64,000 bases of DNA from a virus: IMG/VR virus record IMGVR_UViG_3300043419_002586, one strand, 5' to 3'. This document shows positions 29,155-38,000 of this stretch, piece after piece. The translations under genes were made by a program, and so were the position numbers. The notes under the pieces are model-generated. The model was given only the letters and a program-made list of their open reading frames with translations. It did not search any database and had not been told where the DNA came from. Each line of letters begins with the position of its first letter. Positions within the stretch are counted from its first letter, which is position 1.

Positions 29155-29196
29155 ATAGTCCACTGGCGGATAAATTGATGCTAGTGGACTATTTTT
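29155..29196 (+). terminator. 13-bp hairpin with a U-tract (terminator or attenuator)
   Basis: ATAGTCCACTGGC-N12-GCTAGTGGACTAT-TTTT (one G-U pair). Confidence 0.65.
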
Positions 29197-29213
29197 GTGT
29201 AAGGAGGTTAATT

Positions 29214-29285
29214 ATGAAAATTTTTGAACAAATTGAAGAAATGATGAATCAAGTTATTTCAGCATTATTTAGAGTAGAATTGTAA
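29214..29285 (+). CDS. Unannotated 23-aa peptide MKIFEQIEEMMNQVISALFRVEL
   Basis: Perfect TAAGGAGGT Shine-Dalgarno just upstream of the ATG; below the ORF-track cut-off. Confidence 0.55.
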   Translation: MKIFEQIEEMMNQVISALFRVEL

Positions 29286-29313
29286 GGCAACTTATAATCT
29301 ACAATGGCGTAGA

Positions 29314-31080
29314 TTATTTTAACTCATACATCTTCCAAGCACGTTCATTCTTATATACTTTCTTCCTCATATTTACGTGAGATCTCAAATTCTTATGGCT
29401 TGAAGCAAAATCAATAATGATAGCTTCAGGTTTTCCGTTTTTAATAGAGTCTTCAACATTCTTGCCTACACATCGAAGTACTCTACCAACTTGCTGATAA
29501 GTAGTAACTGGCGATGAACTAGTTCCAGCCAAAATCAAACAAGCAATCTTAGGAGCATCAACACCTACATTTGCCCATTGAGTTGCTATAAGAACAATTT
29601 CATTATTTTCAACAGCATTAAGCATTCTTCTGCGATAATTCTTTTCCTCATCAGTTGGGTCTATTTCACCCTTATCACCACCAGGAACAAAAACAGCATC
29701 CTCAATCATCCCCTCAAGAATATTTCCGTGTTCCATTCTTTCAACAAGGATTAGTGTTGGAATTCCTTTTGCTTTCATACCTTCAGCAAATTGTTTAATT
29801 CTAAAGTTTCTTTCCCAGCAATTTACAATATTTAGATTGTAAACCTCGTGATAAGTTTGACCAGGTTCTACAGTGCTGATATTTACAACAAAAATCTTAG
29901 GTGGTACAAGAAAACCACGTTCAACAAGATCGCTAGCACTTACTTCGCAGACTTTTCCACCCAATGTACCTTCAATCCTTATTTCTTGATTGTCAGTACG
30001 AAATGGTGTAGCACTCAAACCAAGCCTAAAATATGCCTTTTTAGCCTGATTTCCTATTTCTTCAGTAACAACAGCAGCCAAGTGTGCTTCATCAATAATC
30101 AAGGCATTACAGCATTGAATTACGTTTCTTACTTGCGCTTTCTGAAATAATGTGTCTTGTCTATTATCCCAAGCTGTTTGTGCCTTCTTATATGCAGCTA
30201 ATTCTGTTTTTACTAGTAGGCCAATTTCACGTTCATACTTTTTCCGTAGTTTGTCTGCATCTTTTGATTGATTTTCTTCTGCTGTTTCAACTTGAACATA
30301 CAAGTCAGAAAGTTTACCTGATGCAATTTGACGTGCTTTTTTGTATTTGGCTATAGCTTCATCTAATTCTTTTTGCAAGAGTCCAGTGGGTTTAGAGCCT
30401 TCACCAGTATCTTCTACTATTTTGTTATTGCTTTCCATATATTTTTTATCAAAAGCAATAAGGGCAGTTTGGTAGGTAATTACATTGATTCCTTCCATAT
30501 TGATATCGCAGAGACCACCTCCAGCGATACCAACTTTGACAGGCTGGCCATCAATTTTAAGATATTTCTCAAATTCTTTTTGAGTTTGCTTTAGTAGTTC
30601 AATAGCTGGGACAATGAAAACTACCGGCTTAACTTTGAGTTTATGAAAGATATAACAAGAAGTCATTGTCTTTCCAGCACCAGTAGCCAGAGCAAGCATT
30701 CCACGTTGATTCTTGAGTGCTAAATCTCCTGAAATCTTTTGGTAGTCACGAAGATCTTTACCCATAAAATCACAATCTATATTGTAATCTCTGATAGGTT
30801 TTTCTCTCTTGTCAGTAAATTTGTATTGCTCATTTAAATCGTCAAGTAAACGAGCAACACGCATAGTAAGACCTGTTGGAAATGATTGAGTTCTCTTTAC
30901 ATACAAAGATATCAGTCCATCCCATTGACCAGTCTTGTATTTAGCAGACCATTCAGAATCTGGAACTTTATATGATAATTCGTTTCTCAAAGCTTCTTGA
31001 TATGGATAAGGTAATTTACCCATTGGATCATTATGATTTATGATCACGCTTTTATCATTGTAAACTTCTATTTCTACCAT
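29314..31080 (-). CDS. SF2 helicase, UvsW/SSL2-like, with a helical insertion
   Basis: WDGLISLY..FPTGL, LRDYQ, ATGAGKT, DEAH, GLSATPFR, GVDAP, QQVGRVLR, IIIDF. Confidence 0.92.
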   Translation of the reverse strand: MVEIEVYNDKSVIINHNDPMGKLPYPYQEALRNELSYKVPDSEWSAKYKTGQWDGLISLYVKRTQSFPTGLTMRVARLLDDLNEQYKFTDKREKPIRDYNIDCDFMGKDLRDYQKISGDLALKNQRGMLALATGAGKTMTSCYIFHKLKVKPVVFIVPAIELLKQTQKEFEKYLKIDGQPVKVGIAGGGLCDINMEGINVITYQTALIAFDKKYMESNNKIVEDTGEGSKPTGLLQKELDEAIAKYKKARQIASGKLSDLYVQVETAEENQSKDADKLRKKYEREIGLLVKTELAAYKKAQTAWDNRQDTLFQKAQVRNVIQCCNALIIDEAHLAAVVTEEIGNQAKKAYFRLGLSATPFRTDNQEIRIEGTLGGKVCEVSASDLVERGFLVPPKIFVVNISTVEPGQTYHEVYNLNIVNCWERNFRIKQFAEGMKAKGIPTLILVERMEHGNILEGMIEDAVFVPGGDKGEIDPTDEEKNYRRRMLNAVENNEIVLIATQWANVGVDAPKIACLILAGTSSSPVTTYQQVGRVLRCVGKNVEDSIKNGKPEAIIIDFASSHKNLRSHVNMRKKVYKNERAWKMYELK

Positions 31081-31102
31081 TCAATCAGTATACCATTAAG
31101 CA

Positions 31103-31140
31103 AAACAACCATTTTGTTGATGTCAACAAAATGGTTGTTT
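31103..31140. repeat. Perfect 18-bp inverted repeat with a 2-nt spacer (terminator or operator)
   Basis: AAACAACCATTTTGTTGA-TG-TCAACAAAATGGTTGTTT. Confidence 0.85.
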
Positions 31141-31155
31141 GTAGAAAGAACAATC

Positions 31156-31590
31156 TTAACGATGATTCATAGCATTAAATTTATTAACAGCAATTTGAAT
31201 TTGCTTTGGCTTCTTACCTACAAATGTTTCTAAAGTAGAAAGAACAAGCACATGAATCTTATCTACATCTTCTTCAGAAAGTTCAATGCCCTTTTGAGCA
31301 CAGCCTAAACGAATAAATCTCACGAATTGATCTACTGCATCATCTTGTGAAAATTCTCCATCTTGAATCTTCTTAAGGCCTTCAATCCAAATATCTAAAA
31401 TGCCATCTGCTTTTGCACCAAGTTTGCTACGAAGAACAAGCTTGATAACTTCAAGAGTTTGTAAAGCTGCAGCACCCTCGGACTTCGATTTTGCTAAGAA
31501 AAAGAATACCACGCTGCCAAGAATGAAACAAACTACATAAACAATAATTTCATTCTGTGTTGAATTTAGAAAATTAGTAATTAATTCCAT
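31156..31590 (-). CDS. Holin-like membrane protein (LL-H-like), likely start MELIT
   Basis: Single N-terminal TM (IIVYVVCFILGSVVFFFLA); C-terminal AQKGIELSEEDVDKI resembles LL-H-type holins. Confidence 0.45.
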   Translation of the reverse strand: MELITNFLNSTQNEIIVYVVCFILGSVVFFFLAKSKSEGAAALQTLEVIKLVLRSKLGAKADGILDIWIEGLKKIQDGEFSQDDAVDQFVRFIRLGCAQKGIELSEEDVDKIHVLVLSTLETFVGKKPKQIQIAVNKFNAMNHR

Positions 31591-31592
31591 AA

Positions 31593-31811
31593 TTAGCAAT
31601 CCTTTGCAATAATTGAATCATCTTCATCAGATGCATTTGGGTCTAAATCCATATCTGTAGTCAAAGGAATAACTAATTCATCTTTGATTTGTGCAGTAAC
31701 AGCATCGTCTTTCTTTTCGTCTGCCCAAACAAGATTATCAGCCATTACTTCTTCGCCTTCAGCATTAGTAAACTTTTCAATCTTGCCTGTAGCTCTTTTT
31801 ACCATACTCAT
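31593..31811 (-). CDS. Small acidic hypothetical protein
   Basis: 72 aa, overlaps the dnaJ stop; AGGAGG within the dnaJ 3' end. Confidence 0.6.
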   Translation of the reverse strand: MSMVKRATGKIEKFTNAEGEEVMADNLVWADEKKDDAVTAQIKDELVIPLTTDMDLDPNASDEDDSIIAKDC

Positions 31812-32791
31812 AACATTTGCCTCCTTTTCCTAGATTCGACATATGATTTTAAAAATTGTGATTCTTCATCAGAAATTTCTTTAGGAATTTTATACATTAT
31901 TTTGAGGTGTAAGTCAGAATATGTATCATTTGATGTTGGAATCCCCTTACTCTTAACTATATGTACGTAGCCATTCTTTAAACTATTACTAAATTTAAAG
32001 TTTAATTTATTTCCATTTACGTGATTGTATTTAAATTCAGGATTTATAAGTGCAGCAATCGGATCAATTTCAAACTCGTGAACAAGATTTAAATTAGCAT
32101 CAATTTCAAATTTTTCTCTTTTTCTGGTAATTACTTCAACAATAAGTGGCCCAGCCGCTTGATAAATATCTCCGTGATTTCCTCTGCCTTGGATCATAGA
32201 CGATCTGTAAACGTGTCCTTTGTTTATTGTCAGATCAAAATTTTCAAACATTTTTACATGACCAGAGCCGTTACAATAATTGCAAAATGCATCAAACTTT
32301 TCACCACGGCCATAACAACTTCCACAAGGACCAGCATAATTTCGAACGTGCATAAAACCCAAATCTTGAACTATATAATGTTCTCCTGATCCCATACAAG
32401 ACATACAAAGACTTTTATTTCCACTACCACCAACTCCTGAACAAGCTCCACAAGGCACTAAACGCTCATAATTAAGAGTTTTTACGACATTTTTGTAAAC
32501 CTCTTCTAATTCAAGTTCAATAGTAACTGTTATTGGAGTATTAAGATTTTTCCTAAATGGATTTCTAGTGGTATTTCTAAATGGATTTGCAGGTGGTTCA
32601 AAATGATGTTGCGGAGGAGGGGGATTTAAGATATCTTCATATGCTTGAGATATTTCTTTAAATTTTTCTTCTGATCCAGCCTCTTTATTTACATCAGGAT
32701 GGTATTGCTTGGCTAATTTTCTATAGGCCTTTTTTGCATCATCTACTGAAGCATTTTGTGGCAAACCTAAAACATCATATGGATTTGGCAT
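31808..32791 (-). CDS. dnaJ: DnaJ (class A-like)
   Basis: J-domain with HPD, four CxxCxGxG motifs, C-terminal peptide-binding region; G/F region replaced by a Pro-rich linker. Confidence 0.93.
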   Translation of the reverse strand: MPNPYDVLGLPQNASVDDAKKAYRKLAKQYHPDVNKEAGSEEKFKEISQAYEDILNPPPPQHHFEPPANPFRNTTRNPFRKNLNTPITVTIELELEEVYKNVVKTLNYERLVPCGACSGVGGSGNKSLCMSCMGSGEHYIVQDLGFMHVRNYAGPCGSCYGRGEKFDAFCNYCNGSGHVKMFENFDLTINKGHVYRSSMIQGRGNHGDIYQAAGPLIVEVITRKREKFEIDANLNLVHEFEIDPIAALINPEFKYNHVNGNKLNFKFSNSLKNGYVHIVKSKGIPTSNDTYSDLHLKIMYKIPKEISDEESQFLKSYVESRKRRQML

Positions 32792-32798
32792 AAAGTCA

Positions 32799-33473
32799 TT
32801 ATACTAATTTGGATAACATATTGGTAATTTTATTAGAAGGACATAAAGTATTTTCACCAACGCCAATATCAGCGTGTTGTCCAGTTACACCAATTACTGT
32901 TCCTATAACAAGATTGTCAGTTCCAATTGCCATACCGCCAGATGAACCTTCAAGAATATCTGCATCTACAAAAATTACATCAGTCCAGGCAGGTAAATTT
33001 ATATCATTAATATTTTGATGAATATTTGAAACTCTACCAACAGTGGCTGTGTCGTGAAAACCCTCTGGAGAACCAATCACTGCTACAATATCACCAACTT
33101 CTATTGTATCACTGTTGGCAAACTGTAATGATGGGATATTTGATGGTATTCTTTCTGCTCTTATAGCTCCAGAGTCTATCGTGGGATCAGAAATTAAAAA
33201 TGTAGCTGGAATAAAATTTTTATTATCAAATGAAATAAGAATTTCTGTCAAAGTTTCATCTGCTGGGACAACGTGTCCAGCAGTTATGATAATATTATTG
33301 CCAATATGAAATCCACTACCTGACCAATTTTTCTTTCCAGATCTCACATAAATAGAACAAGAAGCTTGAAGTCCCAATTGTATTGTTTTTTTAATTGGAT
33401 CTTCAAGCTTTTCTGCGCTTTGGCTAGTCTTAATTAGACTATCCAAATAATTAACATCTAATTTAAAATTCAT
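32799..33473 (-). CDS. Trypsin-like (HtrA/DegP-type, no PDZ) serine protease
   Basis: [39 protein letters not shown]; N-terminal LIKTSQ. Confidence 0.9.
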   Translation of the reverse strand: MNFKLDVNYLDSLIKTSQSAEKLEDPIKKTIQLGLQASCSIYVRSGKKNWSGSGFHIGNNIIITAGHVVPADETLTEILISFDNKNFIPATFLISDPTIDSGAIRAERIPSNIPSLQFANSDTIEVGDIVAVIGSPEGFHDTATVGRVSNIHQNINDINLPAWTDVIFVDADILEGSSGGMAIGTDNLVIGTVIGVTGQHADIGVGENTLCPSNKITNMLSKLV

Positions 33474-33928
33474 TGTATTACTTTGTACAAAATCTCAGTT
33501 TCATCTACAGTTCCAAATCTTCTACTATCATCTGACTTTGGTAAATTATCACCGACAAGATAATAATGTTTTTTAGGAACCTTTAATTCCATCATATATA
33601 CGTCATCTACATTCTTTATTTTCAGAATTGAATGGTATGAATTATCAATTATTAGCTCATAAACACCATCTTTATTCATTATATAATAATAATATTCTTC
33701 CGGCGTATACAATATTCTTTTAACGATCAGAGTTCTATCATCACTCAAAGCAACTACAACATCACTTTTTTTGAAATTTTTAGTTTTTTTAGCTAACAAA
33801 ATCTGTCCATTTTTATAAGTTGGGAACATAGATTCACCAACAACAACGACCAATTTGTAAGGTTGTAAGTATGCTAATAAAAGTAAAATACAACCAATTA
33901 CCAAAGAAACAATTAATCTCTTTTTCAT
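33470..33928 (-). CDS. Signal peptidase I (S26)
   Basis: N-terminal TM, VGESMFPT (Ser), IVKRI (Lys), YYLVGDNLPKSDDSRRFG. Confidence 0.9.
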   Translation of the reverse strand: MKKRLIVSLVIGCILLLLAYLQPYKLVVVVGESMFPTYKNGQILLAKKTKNFKKSDVVVALSDDRTLIVKRILYTPEEYYYYIMNKDGVYELIIDNSYHSILKIKNVDDVYMMELKVPKKHYYLVGDNLPKSDDSRRFGTVDETEILYKVIQ

Positions 33929-33990
33929 GCTTCACCTCTTGTAATAAAAGGAGCTGAAGACATTTTTTCTTTTTAGCTTTTTGCTCGTAG

Positions 33991-34953
33991 TTAAGATTTT
34001 TTAACAGTGATAGTTGACCAATCAATATTTGCAAGTTTAGGAACACCAGGGCCCCAATTTTGTTCTTCTCCAGGTTGAACGTTTACATTTTGTAAACTTG
34101 AAATATTTCTTAATGCAGTCATCATATCTTCTTGGCAAAATTGGTAACCAAATTCTGGAAGAAGATTCTGATTTTTCAGTGCAGCTTTTATCAATGCACA
34201 AATACCAGCAACAAATGGAGCTGCTTGACTTGTACCTGACATTTTACAGTAGTTATTATTCAAGTGAGTTGAATAAATATTAGTGCCTGGAGCAACAATG
34301 TCCACTGTAAAATCCCTTGAGGTGAAAGTGGCTAAATTACCACTTTCATCCAGTGCAGCAACAGCAATAACTTCATCGTATCTTGCTGGGTAATTAACTG
34401 CGTGTGAATCGTTTCCAGCAGCTGCAACTACTATAATTCCTTTTGAAACTGCTTCTTTAATTAAGTCGTGAATAAAACTTGGTGGTTCAGATGGTGCACC
34501 CAGAGACATATTAATAATGTCCACACCTAAATCAATTGCTTTTCTCAAACCTGCAGCAATTGTGTCATAACTTCCACCACCACTATTGTCAAGAACTCTA
34601 ATGCAATATAGTTTTGCTTTAGGAGCTACACCAACAACACCAAAATCATTATCAGAGCCAGCAATAATTCCGGCTACGTGTACTTGATGACCGCTTCCTG
34701 CATCATACACACTTGCTTCACCTGTGCAATTGACTGCCTCATCGACCTTCCAAGCTTCTGCTAAATCTGCGTGTTCTGAAAAACCAGTATCAAGAACTGC
34801 TACTTTAATACCTTCACCTTGCTTAGAAACTTCCCAAACATCTTGAATGTTTGCAATAGCCATACCCCAGTTTTGAGTCTGCGATAATGCTGCAAACGGA
34901 ACCGATACAACTTTTAAGTCTTCTTCAGGAATAAATTGAATTCTATCTTGCAT
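33991..34953 (-). CDS. Subtilisin-like S8 protease, intracellular (ISP)-type (likely start MQDRIQF at 34953)
   Basis: VAVLDTG, GHQVHVAG, INMSLG, AAAGND, YPA, APG, SGTSQAAPFVAG; no signal peptide; GAGGTG RBS. Confidence 0.93.
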   Translation of the reverse strand: MQDRIQFIPEEDLKVVSVPFAALSQTQNWGMAIANIQDVWEVSKQGEGIKVAVLDTGFSEHADLAEAWKVDEAVNCTGEASVYDAGSGHQVHVAGIIAGSDNDFGVVGVAPKAKLYCIRVLDNSGGGSYDTIAAGLRKAIDLGVDIINMSLGAPSEPPSFIHDLIKEAVSKGIIVVAAAGNDSHAVNYPARYDEVIAVAALDESGNLATFTSRDFTVDIVAPGTNIYSTHLNNNYCKMSGTSQAAPFVAGICALIKAALKNQNLLPEFGYQFCQEDMMTALRNISSLQNVNVQPGEEQNWGPGVPKLANIDWSTITVKKS

Positions 34954-35005
34954 AATTTCACCTCGATACAATTATATTATTCAATATATATTTTTCCTTA
35001 TTCCT

Positions 35006-38000
35006 TCAGACTATGTGAAGAATTTGACTTTCTATTGGTGTTCCGTAAGTGGTTCCATCATAAGGCTTGACAATAAAAGAAATTGCCATATTTCTCAAAA
35101 CCACAGCAGAGTTTAATAAACTACCTTCTGCTATTTTATTTGACACTCCATTAGTCCATTCAAACCATTCAATGGTGGATAAATCTGAAGATCCATTAAA
35201 ATTATAATAGGCTTGAAGAACACTGTTGGCAGAAATTTTACTGTCAACTATTGTATTTGTTGACTTAATTTGAACATCGTACACATAAGGCGCAGACAAA
35301 CTTTTGACAATTATTGGTTGTGAAGTGTATGTGATTCCATAATCAAAATTATCATTAGGTTCAAGAGTAACATAAACTTGATCGTTTATGTTAAAATAAC
35401 CATTGGCAGCATTCAAATCTGCTTTTCTTTGAACCAATTTATCTCTGTAATTAGGTGTGGAATCTAATTCTTCAGTGGTTGTTCCGCCACCAGATGTTCT
35501 TGTCCTGTACCATCTTGTTCTTGGTTTATATTGCTGATTATCGGAAATATAACTGTAATCAACATACATTCTTGAAGAACTTGAAATTTGTTTTGTAGAT
35601 CCGACAGATGCATAAGAAACATCTGAATTGATTACTAAACTTTCAGCTTTCAATGATGGAATATTAGTATTCAAATAATGAGAATATACATTTGAATTTG
35701 AAACAGTATTATGAGTAAATTCAAAGTTATAAGTTGTTGATGCAGTAGAAGAATATGTCTCTACTTTTAATCCCAATCTATATGTTGAACTTTGAAGAAT
35801 GAATAAAGTAATAATATCGGTTGCAGATTTATTAGTATCAAATATAATTTTGCCATCATATCTGTCTAACTTGTATCCACCACGAACTATCTCGTTGTTG
35901 ACAAGCACTACAATCTTGCTGTCTTCAGGCCATCTTCCATTTACAGCATAATAGTTCTTGTAATCTGTAGAAACTGTACCTTCACCATAAGCTTCATACC
36001 TTGAACCAGTTCTACTAATTGAAACTTGAACAATGTTTCCTAATGGCACTTCTTGTCGGAATGTTATAGTTCCATTTACATTGTCAATAGTGTAAAGATT
36101 GGTAGCAACAAGAGAAGAATTTAAATAAACTTCAACATTGTCCGAAAGAAGCCAAGTAAATCTAGTGTTGTCATTATATACAAAGTAAGTAAAATTATTA
36201 TTTACAGACTTTACGCAGGTAAGTTTGTCATAAAATAAAGCATTTGTATATTTGTATGATCTTTGTCTTGAAGAAATTATTCCATTTTTATTTTTGATTA
36301 ATTCTTCATAATCATTCCAATTTGTACTGTTTCCTTTGCATATGCCCCAAGTCAATTTAGCTTTATCAGTGTCAGAATAGTCTGTTGAAAGAATGTATTC
36401 AAAAATATCATCTGTGGAAGTTAAAGCAGTTGTAAATAAATAGTTGACAGCTGGAGATACTTCAGTGTAATATAATTGACTTACATAAGGAGAAATTGGT
36501 AGACTGGTAGAATTATTCCATCCTTCTGTCATATTAATTTGAAAATCTAAATTTGTAATTTCTTTATTAACAATAGATGTGGCAGTTAATGTAATCCAAT
36601 CGCTGTAATTCTTCTTATCTGTGGAATATTTGTATTTGACTACGCAAGAACTATCTACACTTTGCCCTGTAGAAACTGTGTATGCTGTAGTAATTGATTT
36701 TATAAATTTAGAAGTTTCAAATTCTACAGATTTATTCCAAGAACCAGCAAATATTGTATTAGATCCACCGTGCAATAAAGCTGTAGTAATTCCAGACCAA
36801 TAAGAGCTAGAAGCATCAAAATACAATCCATCTGTATTTTGCACTAATTGTCTTATGTTTCCAGTGTTTGTTTTATCATCCACACCAAATACAACTAATT
36901 TTGTACCTTGATTGCCCCAGCTGTAATTAATATTGTCTTCAATACTCTTAATAGAAACTGATGTATTGTTATCAGCATCAGAAACAATAAATGTTAATGG
37001 AATGTATGAACTAGCCAATCTTTCCATCATATATTTTGAAACTGTAGGATTGTTTGGAATTGAATCTGCCAAGCCATTCCAATCTTGTCTTAAATATACT
37101 TCTACTTGATCTGTATTTCCAATTGATGTAGTAAATGATACTTTGCCTGTAGATGGAATTACTGTATATCCTGAACCTAAAACTGCACCATTCTTAATTA
37201 CTTCAGCATATGGATAATCTGTAGTATTCCAAGTAAATGTGTTTGTACCATCAGTTGAAAAAGTAAGTGTAGAGCCAATAGAGCTGCCGATTTTAGGAAC
37301 AAGATTTAATTGCTTATTGCTTTCATTCTTGTATCTTTCTTTTAATAAATCGAGTCTTATTAAGTTTTCATCTGACAAGTAATCCTTGTAAGTTGAAATT
37401 AAAGATGTGTCTGCTATTCCTGAAATTGCTGCTGGTTGTTGTCCTATTAAAGCATATTCAAGACAGTCATATAAATTACTATTTTCACCATCAAGTTTTA
37501 AGGAATTGATTATTGATGTTATAGCTGTTCCTGAATTTGTGAAACCATTGCCCGTTTCGTGTTTTATAGATGTGCCAAAAGTCCAAAGGTCTGCAAAAGA
37601 AAATTGAGCATAATATTGTTGATTTGTTCTAGCAAAAATATTTGTCAAAAGACTATTGTATCCATTTACAAATCCTGACGACATTTTCATAGAAGCAGAA
37701 TTATCAAATACATTAGAAATTACAAATTTTGGCTTAAGATACAAATAACCATCATCGCTAGAAATTACACCTTTGCTAACACCGCTATCCCAATTTACTT
37801 CGGTGTTATCATAATTGCCAATAGGAACAATGGTTTCTATTGGAGCATATGAATTGTCATAATGAGCTCTGAAGAAAAAGTCATAACTTGTGCTAATTCC
37901 AGTCCAACTTATAGCGTTTGAACTTGAATATCCTAATCCTGAAAATGGATTATTTGTTGATGCTTTCTTCCACTTAAATAGAGGAACAGAGCTTGCAGTT

